Source: a bacterium
GTDB taxonomy: Bacteria; Margulisbacteria; Marinamargulisbacteria; GCA-2716485; JAYNIM01
NCBI GenBank assembly: GCA_038109055.1
Contig: JAYNIM010000003.1
Location: 20,269 to 84,268 of the forward strand
Direction: 5' to 3'
DNA: 64,000 nt
Under the pieces are notes generated by a model. The model saw nothing but the letters and a program-made list of their open reading frames with translations. It did not search any database and was not told where the DNA came from. Below are positions 19,417 through 29,977 of this stretch, in pieces. Position 1 is the stretch's first letter, and every line of letters starts with the position of its first letter. A program made the translations under genes and the position numbers.

Positions 19417-19593
19417 CCGCCTCTCTCTTGAATAAACTGGGCATCTCACATAGAGCACACTCCTTCTTATACGCAAAATCACTTAAAATAAGCCCCATAA
19501 ACCGCACACTCCGGCCACAATCACTTCCCGCCACCTCTCATTAACCAAGACCGCAATTACAGTAAGCCTACATCCCCGCCATTAAGACAACAA

Positions 19594-19609
19594 TGTTTCA
19601 CGTGAAACA
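19594..19609. promoter_or_regulatory. parS site
   Basis: TGTTTCACGTGAAACA. Confidence 0.92.
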
Positions 19610-19907
19610 ATCCCTACAATACACCCCCAAAGCTTCACTCCATTATCACCTTAAACACAGTAAAACAATTGGTTAACCACTATAAAAACTCCCGAACGGC
19701 CGACCATCAACTAACCTTTTTCCAAAAATAAACTAACCATCTATGCTTAGATTACTATAAATACTTCTCTTTTATTACAAATTTATACAGCAAAAAAAAA
19801 CCATGTCTTCACCCATTTCAGCTCAATAAAAACCCGATAGACTATTAATATGGATACTACTTTAGTTATCTTACCTTTATATTTAGCTAACCCTTAACGA
19901 CTTTTTC

Positions 19908-19923
19908 AATTTCACGTGAAAAC
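19908..19923. promoter_or_regulatory. Degenerate parS site upstream of parA
   Basis: AATTTCACGTGAAAAC; the 12-bp core palindrome is intact. Confidence 0.55.
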
Positions 19924-20000
19924 AAAATTTTATTTTTAAACGCGTTTACGTTACTATTTAATTGTAAAATACATTGTAAGGACCTAATCATCACCTAACC

Positions 20001-20795
20001 ATGAGCGCTACTATATTTGCAATTGTGAATCAAAAAGGGGGAGTGGGCAAAACGACCACCGCAGTCAACCTAGCCGCATACCTAGGCCAACAACAAAAGA
20101 AATGTTTACTTGTTGACTTCGATCCTCAGGGAAATGCTAGCTCCGGTATTGGGGTGCAAACTGAGTCACTGACCTGTGGCATCTATGAGCTTATGATGAC
20201 CAGCAAAACACTCCCGGAAACTCTGTGCCCAACCCCATTCAAAACCCTTCACCTACTACCTGCCACCCGTCACCTTGCAGGTGCGGAAATCGAGCTTGTA
20301 GAACTTCAAAACCGTGAACTATACCTAAAAAATACCCTAGCCCCCCTAGAAGATTACTATGATTACATCATAATAGACTGCTCCCCATCTCTTGGACTCC
20401 TTACAATCAATGCGTTATGCGCTGCACATAAGGCCATCATTCCATTACAATGTGAATATTTTGCACTTGAAGGCATTGCAGGACTCATCAACACACTTAC
20501 GCAGGTAAAAGATACCCTTAACCCGCTCCTAGAAATAGGCGGAATACTCTTAACAATGTTTGATGGACGAACAGCGCTAAATAGACAAGTAGTAGAAAAT
20601 GCAAGACAGTTCTTTAAAGATCTTATATTCGACACTTTAATTCCACGAAATATCCGATTAAGCGAAGCACCCAGCCATGGACTTCCGATATCAATCTATA
20701 GCCCAAAATGCAATGGAGCTATCGCTTACCAAGCATTAACAGAGGAGGTATTAAAACGTGCAAAACAAGAACAATACAGCACCGAGACTCGGTAG
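20001..20795 (+). CDS. parA: Chromosome partitioning ATPase ParA/Soj
   Basis: NQKGGVGKTTT, DPQGNAS, IIDCSPSLGLLT, QCEYFALEG, PRNIRLSEAPS. Confidence 0.97.
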   Translation: MSATIFAIVNQKGGVGKTTTAVNLAAYLGQQQKKCLLVDFDPQGNASSGIGVQTESLTCGIYELMMTSKTLPETLCPTPFKTLHLLPATRHLAGAEIELVELQNRELYLKNTLAPLEDYYDYIIIDCSPSLGLLTINALCAAHKAIIPLQCEYFALEGIAGLINTLTQVKDTLNPLLEIGGILLTMFDGRTALNRQVVENARQFFKDLIFDTLIPRNIRLSEAPSHGLPISIYSPKCNGAIAYQALTEEVLKRAKQEQYSTETR

Positions 20796-21648
20796 AGGCC
20801 TCGAGGCATTACTATCACGCGATCCCATCACAAACAATAAGGGCGACAGCTTCCTAAGCGCTGGCAGGACAATTATGCAACTTCCCATATCACTTATTGA
20901 TCCCAGCCCCTATCAACCGAGAAAACACTTTAACACAGAAGCCCTACTACAACTATCTAACTCTATTAAAGCGCATGGTCTTGCCCAACCTATCGTTGTA
21001 CGACGAAATGACAAACGCTATGAAATTATTGCCGGAGAACGTCGATTTAGAGCAACTCAAAGTGCTGGAATTGATAAAATACCTGCAATTATACGCAGCT
21101 ATAGCAATCAAGAATCGCTACAAATTGCCCTTATAGAAAATCTTGACCGCGAAAACCTAAGCGCCATTGAAACCGCCAGGGGTTATGCGCGCCTTATGTC
21201 AGAATTTAATGTCTCTCAACAAGAAATAAGCCAAATTTTCAACAAAAATAGAAGCACCATAAGCAATACACTTCGACTACTTCACCTACCTGAAGACGTA
21301 CAGCAGCTGATCATAAAAGGAGAACTTAGCGAGGGCCATGCCAGAACGCTATTATCCGCAGAAGATAGTGCCACCGTGCGAAAATTAAGCCAACGTATTA
21401 TACAAGAAGGCCTAAGTGTTCGAGCCTGTGAAAGCCTTATCAAATCTCTCAGAAACGACTCTAAAAATAAATCAAGCAAAACACCCCATGATCAAATATC
21501 ACTGTTCCCCGAAATTACTTCTCAACTCAGCCAGAAAATGGGAGCCCCTATCAACATTCAAGGAAATAATAAAAAAGGGAAAATTACCATTCAATACAAG
21601 AGCCCGAAAGAATTGGATCAACTCTTAACAAAATTAGACGGCATTTAA
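20758..21648 (+). CDS. parB: Chromosome partitioning protein ParB/Spo0J
   Basis: LGRGLEALL, PYQPRK, IIAGERRFRA, ALIENLDRE, RSTISNTLRLL, GHAR. Confidence 0.97.
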   Translation: MQNKNNTAPRLGRGLEALLSRDPITNNKGDSFLSAGRTIMQLPISLIDPSPYQPRKHFNTEALLQLSNSIKAHGLAQPIVVRRNDKRYEIIAGERRFRATQSAGIDKIPAIIRSYSNQESLQIALIENLDRENLSAIETARGYARLMSEFNVSQQEISQIFNKNRSTISNTLRLLHLPEDVQQLIIKGELSEGHARTLLSAEDSATVRKLSQRIIQEGLSVRACESLIKSLRNDSKNKSSKTPHDQISLFPEITSQLSQKMGAPINIQGNNKKGKITIQYKSPKELDQLLTKLDGI

Positions 21649-21658
21649 ATATTTCGGA

Positions 21659-21680
21659 TGCTGTTTCACGTGAAACAGCA
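21659..21680. promoter_or_regulatory. parS site within a 22-bp perfect palindrome
   Basis: TGCTGTTTCACGTGAAACAGCA just after parB. Confidence 0.92.
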
Positions 21681-22751
21681 GAAGAATTTTAATCATGGCC
21701 AAGAAAAGACTAAGGATAAATTCATCTTATTACTAAATAGATAAAATATATACTCAAATAATTAATTGAAATATTAAACCTATACACAAAATACCATATT
21801 TAAAACTTAAGAATCTTATCATTTAAGAGCCATATAAAGATATAAGAATCACTTAGACTGGTTAATTTGGAAAGACCTAAGACTTTTATTCTAAATAGAT
21901 CAATATAAAAAGCAATATCAACATAGATCTTAAATAATAACCTATCCGCACTCCTATTATGCGACATCAGTTACTTAAAGTTTTATATTTTTCTGTCATT
22001 CAGTTCCGCTTAGATAAGAGCTTTTAAAGAATTTATCACCCCTTATTAACCATAATACAAACATATATATCAAGATGATCACTATATGAATATAGGCTTT
22101 TTTTTTTATTCTAAGTTGCATATAAGCGACATAAAAAATAGAAAGAGTACTAAAAAATAAATATCATAATCGTTTAATTAGTATAAATATAAGAAAAAAC
22201 AAATAAATCAAAATAACCTCCTACATATAAATAATATCTGCGCAAACATCCGCTCTTATCACGACGGAAACCTTTTTTTTATTTGTTAGTATATTTTTAC
22301 ATATCGTACTTATGATACTTTAGATTTTTTTTATTTTATCTGACATTCTAATAAAATCTATAATAAAAGACTTCTTAATAAATGGTTAATAAAGACAATT
22401 GCGATCTAATACTCTGACAATTCATAAATAAAATTATCTCAGATTTTATGTAAAAATATATTTGAATTAATATTTTTTAGAATTATGCGTATGTGTAAGA
22501 AAACACCTATGGTTTTTACTCTATATTTATTATATATCAGGAGTAATATGAGTTGAAACTTAAGAAAATTGATTCCATAACGCAGTGCAAGAAGTTATAT
22601 AGTTTAATCACATGGATACGCTTTGTATATATCGCCCATAAGTTTTTGGTTATCTTGGTTAACCGACTTTATTTTGAACAAAACAACTATAGTGAAATGG
22701 ACAAAGATATCAATAGAATAGACGTAAAACTAAAAAAAGTCTGCGTCTTTT

Positions 22752-23882
22752 CTAACTATTTTTTAGCAGTAAATGGGCTTCATTGAGTGCAAAAGTGTCG
22801 GTCATACCCGAAATATAATCTGCGATGACTTGCTGCATTGTCTCGTCTTCAATACGCACTCTTACCTTTAGAGGGAGTAAATTAGTATCTTTTTCATAGG
22901 CTTTAAATAACAACTTAATTGCCTCCTGGCCTCTTTTATTCATACGATAAATATCTTCATGCATATAAAATTTATCAAATAGATACGTTCTTAGCTGAGT
23001 ATTTTTTTTATTCATAGGGGCTGAAAAACGGATCAAAGGATGTAAACATCTTTGTATATCTTCAGGTCCCTTGATATCTTGAGCTACTAATTGGGATGTA
23101 GACTCCTTCACCACATCCTCTATAAAGGTCGCAATTAAATACCGATGTATCTGGTGTCGTCTTTGAATAGCTGTTAATGCCTCACCTTCTAATTCTAGAA
23201 TTCTCTTTGCATCCGACCATATTTCCACCTCTTTTCCTAGATCTTCCTCGGATAATATACCAGCCGATAAACCATCATCAATATCGTGGCTATTATAGGC
23301 AATTTCATCCGCTAAATTAACAACTTGCGCCTCTAAACTAACAAATGCATCATTGCCATCAGGACTATCCCATGGCGTTTCATGTTTTAATAAACCCTCT
23401 CTAATTTCAAAGGATAAATTTAATCCACGAAAATTTGGATACTTAGATTCTAAATAATCAATGATGCGACGGCTTTGTCTATTATGTTCAAACCCCCCAT
23501 AATTTCTCATTAGCATATTTAACATCCGCTCTCCTGAGTGCCCAAAAGGCGTATGGCCTAAGTCGTGAGCTAAGGCTATACATTCAGCCAAATCTTCATT
23601 TAAACGTAGCAAACGAGCCAAATGACGCGCAATTTGTGCTACTTCTATGGTATGCGTTAAGCGAGATCTATAATGGTCTGAAATATTTGCTAAAAAAACC
23701 TGTGTTTTGTCCTTAAGACGCCTAAATGCTTTTGAATGTATGATACGATCTCTATCTCGTTGAAAACAGGTTCGGGTATCATTTTGAAAATTCTCTTTAA
23801 ATTTTCTTCCTTTACTGTCTTTACTTTTTACAGCGTATGGAGCTAAATATTTACTTTCTAATTCTTCGAAAAATTTTCGCAC
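22752..23882 (-). CDS. dgt: Deoxyguanosinetriphosphate triphosphohydrolase-like HD protein
   Basis: FQRDRDRIIHS.AFRRL..KTQVF, RLTHTIEV, HDLGHTPFGH, DYISGMTD. Confidence 0.93.
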   Translation of the reverse strand: MRKFFEELESKYLAPYAVKSKDSKGRKFKENFQNDTRTCFQRDRDRIIHSKAFRRLKDKTQVFLANISDHYRSRLTHTIEVAQIARHLARLLRLNEDLAECIALAHDLGHTPFGHSGERMLNMLMRNYGGFEHNRQSRRIIDYLESKYPNFRGLNLSFEIREGLLKHETPWDSPDGNDAFVSLEAQVVNLADEIAYNSHDIDDGLSAGILSEEDLGKEVEIWSDAKRILELEGEALTAIQRRHQIHRYLIATFIEDVVKESTSQLVAQDIKGPEDIQRCLHPLIRFSAPMNKKNTQLRTYLFDKFYMHEDIYRMNKRGQEAIKLLFKAYEKDTNLLPLKVRVRIEDETMQQVIADYISGMTDTFALNEAHLLLKNS

Positions 23883-24691
23883 TAAACTAATGCAAAACAG
23901 ATAAATTGATTAACTGAATTAGTGGGAACTAACTGCTTAATACTTTTTTTATCATCTTTGATAAACGGCTGTTCCATTAAACATATCTCTTTGAAGAACT
24001 TATTAAGCTTTCCTTCCGCGATTTTTTCTATTAAGTCTGCGGGCTTTCCTGATTCTGATAATTGAGACACAATTATAGCCTTTTCTTTTGCTTTTTCCTC
24101 TTCTGGCACATTAGCAGGGGTTACATATCGTGGTCTTGCAGCCACTACTTGCATGGCAATATCTTTCGCAATATCACTCTCTACTGACTGATTAAATGAT
24201 ACTAAAGCTGCGATTTTAAAATTACTATGCATATATGTAGCTATAGAATTCTCTGACTCTAACTTTTCAAACTTTCCTACTTGTATATTTTCTCCTACCT
24301 TCAAAATAAGGTCTGCTACAGCCTGATCAAAGGTTTTCTCAAAAACGTTTTTATTTTTTAAATCTTCTAAAGTTTGTATGTCATCACTATTTAAAATTAA
24401 CGTTGAAAGTGTCTCCCCAAAACTAACAAAATCATGGCTACTGGCCACAAAGTCAGTCTCACAATTTAGCTCTAAGATTACGGCTTTATTGCCTTCATTC
24501 GCAATAAAAACACGACCTTCACTGGTATCTCGGGACGCCTTTTTGCTTGCTGAAGCTAAACCTTTTTCTCGCAGCCACTTGACTGCATCATCAATATTGC
24601 CATCTGCCTTAGTTAAGGCATCTTTACATGCCATCAACCCCACACCAGTTCTTTCTCTTAATTGTTTAACTAAGGATGCTGAAATATTCAT
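23882..24691 (-). CDS. tsf: Elongation factor Ts
   Basis: VKQLRERTGVG.MACK.AL, ELNCETDFVA. Confidence 0.97.
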   Translation of the reverse strand: MNISASLVKQLRERTGVGLMACKDALTKADGNIDDAVKWLREKGLASASKKASRDTSEGRVFIANEGNKAVILELNCETDFVASSHDFVSFGETLSTLILNSDDIQTLEDLKNKNVFEKTFDQAVADLILKVGENIQVGKFEKLESENSIATYMHSNFKIAALVSFNQSVESDIAKDIAMQVVAARPRYVTPANVPEEEKAKEKAIIVSQLSESGKPADLIEKIAEGKLNKFFKEICLMEQPFIKDDKKSIKQLVPTNSVNQFICFALV

Positions 24692-25509
24692 TTTTTGGTC
24701 GTCTCTTCTATCTTTTCTTCTTTTTCTTTAGCTGCCTTGACTGCAGTTTCAGTTTCCTTTTTGTTTGCATAGGCTACCTGCTCTGATTGGCCAGCAATCA
24801 CTGCATTTGCACATACTGAACATAATAACTTAATGGCTCTAATAGCATCATCATTGGCTGGTATGGGGTAATCTACATCTTCTGGATTAGCGTTGGTATC
24901 TACAACCCCTACAATTTTAATCCCTTTTCTTTTGGCCTCTTTAATGGCGAGATGCTCCTTATTTGTGTCTATGACAAATAAAATCTCTGGTAACCGCACC
25001 ATGTCTTTCACGCCATCCAAATAATTTTTTAAACGTTGATAGCGTTTTGTTTTTCTTGCTAATTCTTTTTTCGATAAGGATTCTAACATCCCCTCGGCTT
25101 CTTCTTTTGTGTACTTTTTTAACTTGTTTATACTCAGATGGATCGTTCCGTTATTTGTAAGAAAACCGCCTAACCAGCGTGAACTGATATAAAATTGTTT
25201 GCAGCGTAATGCTTCTGACATTACGGCATCTTGCGCTTGCTTTTTTGTCCCTACAAATAATACCGTTCCACCTTTCTTAACTGTCTCTTTAATAAATGCA
25301 TAGGCTTCGTGAATTAACGGAATTGTTTGTTGTAAATCTATAACATGAATACCATTTCTTGCTGTAAAAATATATTTTTTCATTCTGGGATTCCAACGCC
25401 TTGTTTGGTGGCCAAAATGAACACCTGCTTCTAACAGGTCTCTCATTGCGATTATCTCGCTATCTTTATCTGTAGATTCTTCTTTTTGATCTGTTACTTG
25501 TTTATTCAT
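24688..25509 (-). CDS. rpsB: 30S ribosomal protein S2
   Basis: LLEAGVHFGHQTRRWNP, FVGTKKQA, RWLGG.LTN, PANDDAIR. Confidence 0.98.
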   Translation of the reverse strand: MNKQVTDQKEESTDKDSEIIAMRDLLEAGVHFGHQTRRWNPRMKKYIFTARNGIHVIDLQQTIPLIHEAYAFIKETVKKGGTVLFVGTKKQAQDAVMSEALRCKQFYISSRWLGGFLTNNGTIHLSINKLKKYTKEEAEGMLESLSKKELARKTKRYQRLKNYLDGVKDMVRLPEILFVIDTNKEHLAIKEAKRKGIKIVGVVDTNANPEDVDYPIPANDDAIRAIKLLCSVCANAVIAGQSEQVAYANKKETETAVKAAKEKEEKIEETTKK

Positions 25510-25523
25510 AAGTTTGAGTGACT

Positions 25524-25552
25524 AATTTAGCGGTTCTTTTCTTTATCGTCAA
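25524..25552 (-). promoter_or_regulatory. sigma70-like promoter of rpsB-tsf-dgt
   Basis: TTGACG-N17-TAAATT, 14 nt before the ATG. Confidence 0.55.
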
Positions 25553-25679
25553 TAGCTTTATTTGCATGACTGTGTGCCGCTGCACTTATCCCCCCCCCTT
25601 TCTACTGTGCTTCTTTTGTGAGGCAGTGACAGATTTTCAGTAAAGCTTCCCCATATTTACTCGTTATGCGCACCTTATT

Positions 25680-27857
25680 TTATCGATTAAAATAGCGCGT
25701 GATGCCTTTGGAAAGTGTGTCTGCAAGGTTTTGTCGAAAAGTGGCCATTTTAATTTTTTCTAAATTTTTTCTTTCTGTCATATATGCTGGTTCTAATAAC
25801 ACGGCAGGCATTCTTGTATGCCTAAGTACATACAACCGTTTCCTTCTTAGTCCATTATCTTTTAAATTTAATGCTCTGACCATGGCCTGATGTAATATTT
25901 TTGCTGCGTAGCGATCTTTATGTTTGTAATAATATGTTTCAGTTCCTTTCACTTTATTATGTTTAAATGAATTAAAATGTACACTTATAAACAAATCTGC
26001 TCGTTTATGATTTGCAAGCCTAATACGTTTTGGTAAACTTATACTATGGTCGCTGGATCTTGTGAGAATGACATAGGCTCCTTGTGCTTCTAAATTACGT
26101 TTTAATCTCTGGACAACATCTAACGTATAACGTTTTTCGTACTCTTTATTTAGTCCAATTGCGCCTGGATCACGGCCACCATGTCCCGGATCTAGTACAA
26201 TAACTTTATTGGCTAGTCCTTTTTGCCGTCCTTTCTTTTCCGTCTTTTTTTTATAGGTTTTTTTGACTATTTTTTTCTCCACGGAGGTTAATGGAAAATT
26301 GACGACTAATGCCTGCCCTTCTTGCGTAAGTTTCCAGGTGTGTTTCTGGTTTTTTTCAAAATTGAATTCTATTCTTGTCATAGGAGGATCTACCTGTAAT
26401 TGAGACATCCGTACTTGTTTATATACGCCATAATTGGACCGTAGTAATAAGGGGAGTTCTGAAAAAGTGTTGGGAATATCTATAATCAATTTAGCACCAC
26501 TCTTTGACACCTGAGATTTAGCTTTAAAAGGCCGTGTACCTGTTATTTTGAATTGCAGCCGATTGTGTTTTAACTGCTCCTTGGCAGTGAGTAAAATACT
26601 GTGAAAACGGAGCTCGGTGCCTTTCTTTGTTCGTAATATTGTGGGAGGATTGCTTTCTAATCCAGCTCTTAAAAACAGTCGTGTATCTGCTCCTTTTTTA
26701 TAGGCCCAGTTCCATTTCAAAAAAGGATGCGGACTTTTACTTCGTATTTTCTCTGTTGCTAATACTGTGTTTGCTAAGGTAATAAAATACCCCTCTTTTA
26801 AAGACCCTTCTTGTGCAGCACTACAGTATAACTTGTGTGCAGATAAAAGTTTTAGGACCGGGAATGGCCCCTGATTGACCCAAAAGATTCCTTGTAGCTT
26901 TGCTTGTAATACTAAGGTATTGCTCTTTTTTTGATATATGACGCCATAATCCAATGCACTTATTATATTTTCAAAGGGAATATATACTTTGTTTCTACGC
27001 TTTTTTACTGCTGCAATTCCTGATAATTGTAATTGTTTGTTACCGATGTAAATGGTAATTTTGTTATGCTTTTTGGAAAAAATATAGTGCGTGTTTTCTT
27101 TTTGTAAACTATAGCTATCTTTGGTTTCTTTGCAGGTATACCCTTCTTTCTTAAACGTATTTTCTAGATAGACATATAACACTTTATCCTGGCTGTAAAA
27201 AAAATGTTTTAATGGATAACTCATTCCTTGAAAAGAGATAAATAGCGTTTTGTCTTTTCTGAATTCTGGTAATGTTGCCGTCATATCTAAAATGGGTTTG
27301 GCATAGTCTTTTGACGTCACAATCTGAGGATGAGTTAACTGTAGTCGGCTTTGTGCAATTTCTTGGGTTTTAATTTTATTTTCTTGAATGATTAAACCCT
27401 CTTCTTCTTCGTGAACACTGTAACCTAAACTTTTTAAACACTCTTTGACTGGAATATATAACTGACCTTTGTAAATATGTGTGGGATTGTTAAAAAAATG
27501 ACGTTGATCCAAGATCCACCACTCTCGACTTTTCTCTAAAAATAAACATCGTAATTCTGGATATTGTAGGATGACTTCATGTGCTAAACTACGACGTAAC
27601 TTCTTGTGTTTTGCAGCCAATAATTCACTTAAATCTGGTATAGATATATAGCTTTGATTATGTCTCGTTATTACTGTTATTTTTTGGTGTTGTTTTTTGA
27701 AATTTATACTGATTGTTTTAGATTCTTGATCTGCTACCTCCTTTTCCGCAACTATATGTGTAGTACTCCACAGTACGCTTAGTAGTATCAAGATGCATAA
27801 TTTTGAAATGTTACGACTAAAGACCTTTCTGCTTTCTGTCACTAAATTGAAACACAT
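25680..27857 (-). CDS. N-acetylmuramoyl-L-alanine amidase (Amidase_3) with N-terminal stalk/AMIN-like region
   Basis: IVLDPGHGGRDPGA, EK, LTRSSD, LFISVHFN, GTETYY, LYVLRHT.MPAVLLE; N-terminal signal/TM segment. Confidence 0.9.
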   Translation of the reverse strand: MCFNLVTESRKVFSRNISKLCILILLSVLWSTTHIVAEKEVADQESKTISINFKKQHQKITVITRHNQSYISIPDLSELLAAKHKKLRRSLAHEVILQYPELRCLFLEKSREWWILDQRHFFNNPTHIYKGQLYIPVKECLKSLGYSVHEEEEGLIIQENKIKTQEIAQSRLQLTHPQIVTSKDYAKPILDMTATLPEFRKDKTLFISFQGMSYPLKHFFYSQDKVLYVYLENTFKKEGYTCKETKDSYSLQKENTHYIFSKKHNKITIYIGNKQLQLSGIAAVKKRRNKVYIPFENIISALDYGVIYQKKSNTLVLQAKLQGIFWVNQGPFPVLKLLSAHKLYCSAAQEGSLKEGYFITLANTVLATEKIRSKSPHPFLKWNWAYKKGADTRLFLRAGLESNPPTILRTKKGTELRFHSILLTAKEQLKHNRLQFKITGTRPFKAKSQVSKSGAKLIIDIPNTFSELPLLLRSNYGVYKQVRMSQLQVDPPMTRIEFNFEKNQKHTWKLTQEGQALVVNFPLTSVEKKIVKKTYKKKTEKKGRQKGLANKVIVLDPGHGGRDPGAIGLNKEYEKRYTLDVVQRLKRNLEAQGAYVILTRSSDHSISLPKRIRLANHKRADLFISVHFNSFKHNKVKGTETYYYKHKDRYAAKILHQAMVRALNLKDNGLRRKRLYVLRHTRMPAVLLEPAYMTERKNLEKIKMATFRQNLADTLSKGITRYFNR

Positions 27858-27956
27858 ATCTTTATTCTAACAAAAAGTTATCTTCCACAAAAAATTTTAG
27901 CTATGTGTATTTTCACTCTATTGATTCCGTGTTTAAAAACGGGTACCCTTTCATTT

Positions 27957-28820
27957 ATGTTGGATTCTTTATCTTTGAAACAAAAATTGCTCTATGCTTT
28001 GGAAGAAGATATGCCTCACACAGATGTTACCTGCGAGACGTTAGCGCTGTCTGACACCCCTGGATTTGGCACCTTAATTGCTAAAGAATCCGGTATTTTT
28101 TATGGTAGTTCCGTCCTGCAGGCTATCGCGCTGTGTTGTACCCCTCCTATAAGTATTACTGGCTTAATTGAAGATGGTACAGCATTTTCTGCCAAGGATC
28201 CTATTGCACATCTTTCTGGGAATATACAAGATTTGTTGCGTATTGAACGTGTTTTACTCAATTTGTTACAGCATCTTTGTGGGATTTCGACTCAAAGCCA
28301 TGCCTTTGTTCAGGCATTAGATAACCCCTCTATTCAGATACTCGATACTCGAAAAACCACACCTTTGTGGAGGGATTTAGAAAAAGCAGCAGTTGTAGCG
28401 GGTGGTGCTTTTAATCATCGTCAGTCTTTGTCTGATATGGTGCTCATTAAGGAAAATCACTTGGCACTATTGCCTATGCAACAAATGTCCTCGTATTTAA
28501 CTCAAAAAATTTTGGAATCCAAAACAAAACATCCGAACTTAAAAATCGAAGTCGAAGTAGAAAATTTGGAGCAGTTATCAAAACTTGATCTCTCTTTAGC
28601 TGATTATATCCTTTTTGATAATTTTTCACTTGAGATGTTAGATGAGGCTATTTTGTACTGTCAACATAATTACCCTCATAAACAATTAGAAGTTTCTGGC
28701 AATATTTGTCTGGATAACATTCATCTCTATCGTGATCGTGCGATTCACCGTATTTCCTGTGGCGCACTCACCCATTCTGTTGTCGCTTGTGACCTAAGTT
28801 TGTTGATTAAGTTACGCTAG
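27957..28820 (+). CDS. nadC: Nicotinate-nucleotide pyrophosphorylase (carboxylating)
   Basis: LRIERVLLN, DTRKTTP, NHR..LSDMVLIKENH, EVEVE, GALTHS. Start placed after TTGATT-N17-TACCCT. Confidence 0.95.
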   Translation: MLDSLSLKQKLLYALEEDMPHTDVTCETLALSDTPGFGTLIAKESGIFYGSSVLQAIALCCTPPISITGLIEDGTAFSAKDPIAHLSGNIQDLLRIERVLLNLLQHLCGISTQSHAFVQALDNPSIQILDTRKTTPLWRDLEKAAVVAGGAFNHRQSLSDMVLIKENHLALLPMQQMSSYLTQKILESKTKHPNLKIEVEVENLEQLSKLDLSLADYILFDNFSLEMLDEAILYCQHNYPHKQLEVSGNICLDNIHLYRDRAIHRISCGALTHSVVACDLSLLIKLR

Positions 28821-28951
28821 TGTTTACATTGCTATCCCTATTGTTCGTTCCTTAACTGTTTCTGCGTTTTATCTTGATTATTTATGTTTAACTTTTGCTT
28901 TAATTGTCTATATTATTAATAGATGGTATTCCCTATTTTTATATTTCATTT

Positions 28952-29977
28952 ATGATGCAGGATCGTTTAATTGATTTTACGTTACCATCCAACTTAATTG
29001 CGGATGCTCCTTCTCAGGCACGCGATCAGAGCCGTTTAATGCTCCTTTCATTGCCTCAAAAACGTCTCTCACATTATATTTTTAAGGAGATAGAGGATCT
29101 TCTTTATCCTGGCGATATGTTGATCCTTAATGATACAAAAGTACTTAAGGCCCGCTTGTTTTGTACTCGTGAAAGCGGTGGTCGAGTTGAAGTTTTATTG
29201 CTACAAACTGTTACGCCCTTTGTCTGGCAAGCCTTGATTAAACCTAGTAAAAAACTGTCGATCGGAGAACCTTTATACCTAAGTAATGATTGTTTTTTTA
29301 CGCTTGTTAAGAAAGAGGCCCCTTTTTGCCACTTACGCCTACCCGAAGGCCAATCTGCTCATGAGATCATGGCGCAATTTGGTGTGCCCGCGTTACCTCC
29401 TTATATTCGTCATAGCCCTCTTAGTTTAGAGGATCAAATCTCGCGATATCAAACTATTTATGCAGATAAAGAAGGGGCTGTTGCCGCCCCAACTGCTGGC
29501 TTGCATTTTACTGAAGATTTATTGACGTCCTTACGTGCTAAAGGTGTTTGTATTGAAACAGTAACCCTTCATGTAGGATATGGAACATTTCAGCCTTTGG
29601 AAGATCGCCATTTTCAAGAAAATAAATTACACAACGAACGTTTTTATATCTCTGATGCGACAGCCACACGCTTGATGGCACATCGTCAGCGTCGTATTGC
29701 TGTAGGAACCACGACTATTCGTGCTTTAGAGTCTGCCTGGACTGGAACAAGGTTTCGTTCGGGTTGGCAAGAAACAACGCTTTTTATTCAGCCAGGTTAT
29801 CGTTTTTCTACCTGTCAGGGACTGATCACAAATTTTCACTTACCTAAAAGCTCGTTACTATTACTAGTGGCTGCCTTTTCGGACGTCGCATTTTTGCAAG
29901 AGGCCTACCAAACCGCTATTGCCGAGTCGTATCGATTTTATAGTTTTGGAGATGTGATGTTTCTCTCTTATGATTAA
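28952..29977 (+). CDS. queA: SAM:tRNA ribosyltransferase-isomerase
   Basis: NDTKVLKARL, LPPYI, YQTIYA..GAVAAPTAGLHF, TLHVGYGTF, TNFHLPKS, YRFYSFGD. Confidence 0.97.
   Translation: MMQDRLIDFTLPSNLIADAPSQARDQSRLMLLSLPQKRLSHYIFKEIEDLLYPGDMLILNDTKVLKARLFCTRESGGRVEVLLLQTVTPFVWQALIKPSKKLSIGEPLYLSNDCFFTLVKKEAPFCHLRLPEGQSAHEIMAQFGVPALPPYIRHSPLSLEDQISRYQTIYADKEGAVAAPTAGLHFTEDLLTSLRAKGVCIETVTLHVGYGTFQPLEDRHFQENKLHNERFYISDATATRLMAHRQRRIAVGTTTIRALESAWTGTRFRSGWQETTLFIQPGYRFSTCQGLITNFHLPKSSLLLLVAAFSDVAFLQEAYQTAIAESYRFYSFGDVMFLSYD

Noticed and set aside
21941..21968. dif-like site (TTATGCGACAT resembles a XerD arm)
   Set aside because: There is no matching XerC arm and the location is origin-proximal.
22553..22786. 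Short or antisense ORFs in the track (e.g. 22553-22786, 47532-47900, 49727-49951, 56300-56491, 60779-61333)
   Set aside because: They shadow real genes or lie in low-complexity origin/intergenic DNA, with no recognisable motifs.
25647..25674. Exact E. coli dif XerC arm GGTGCGCATAA on the minus strand
   Set aside because: The partner arm is poor, the site is near oriC, and a chance 11-mer match is plausible.
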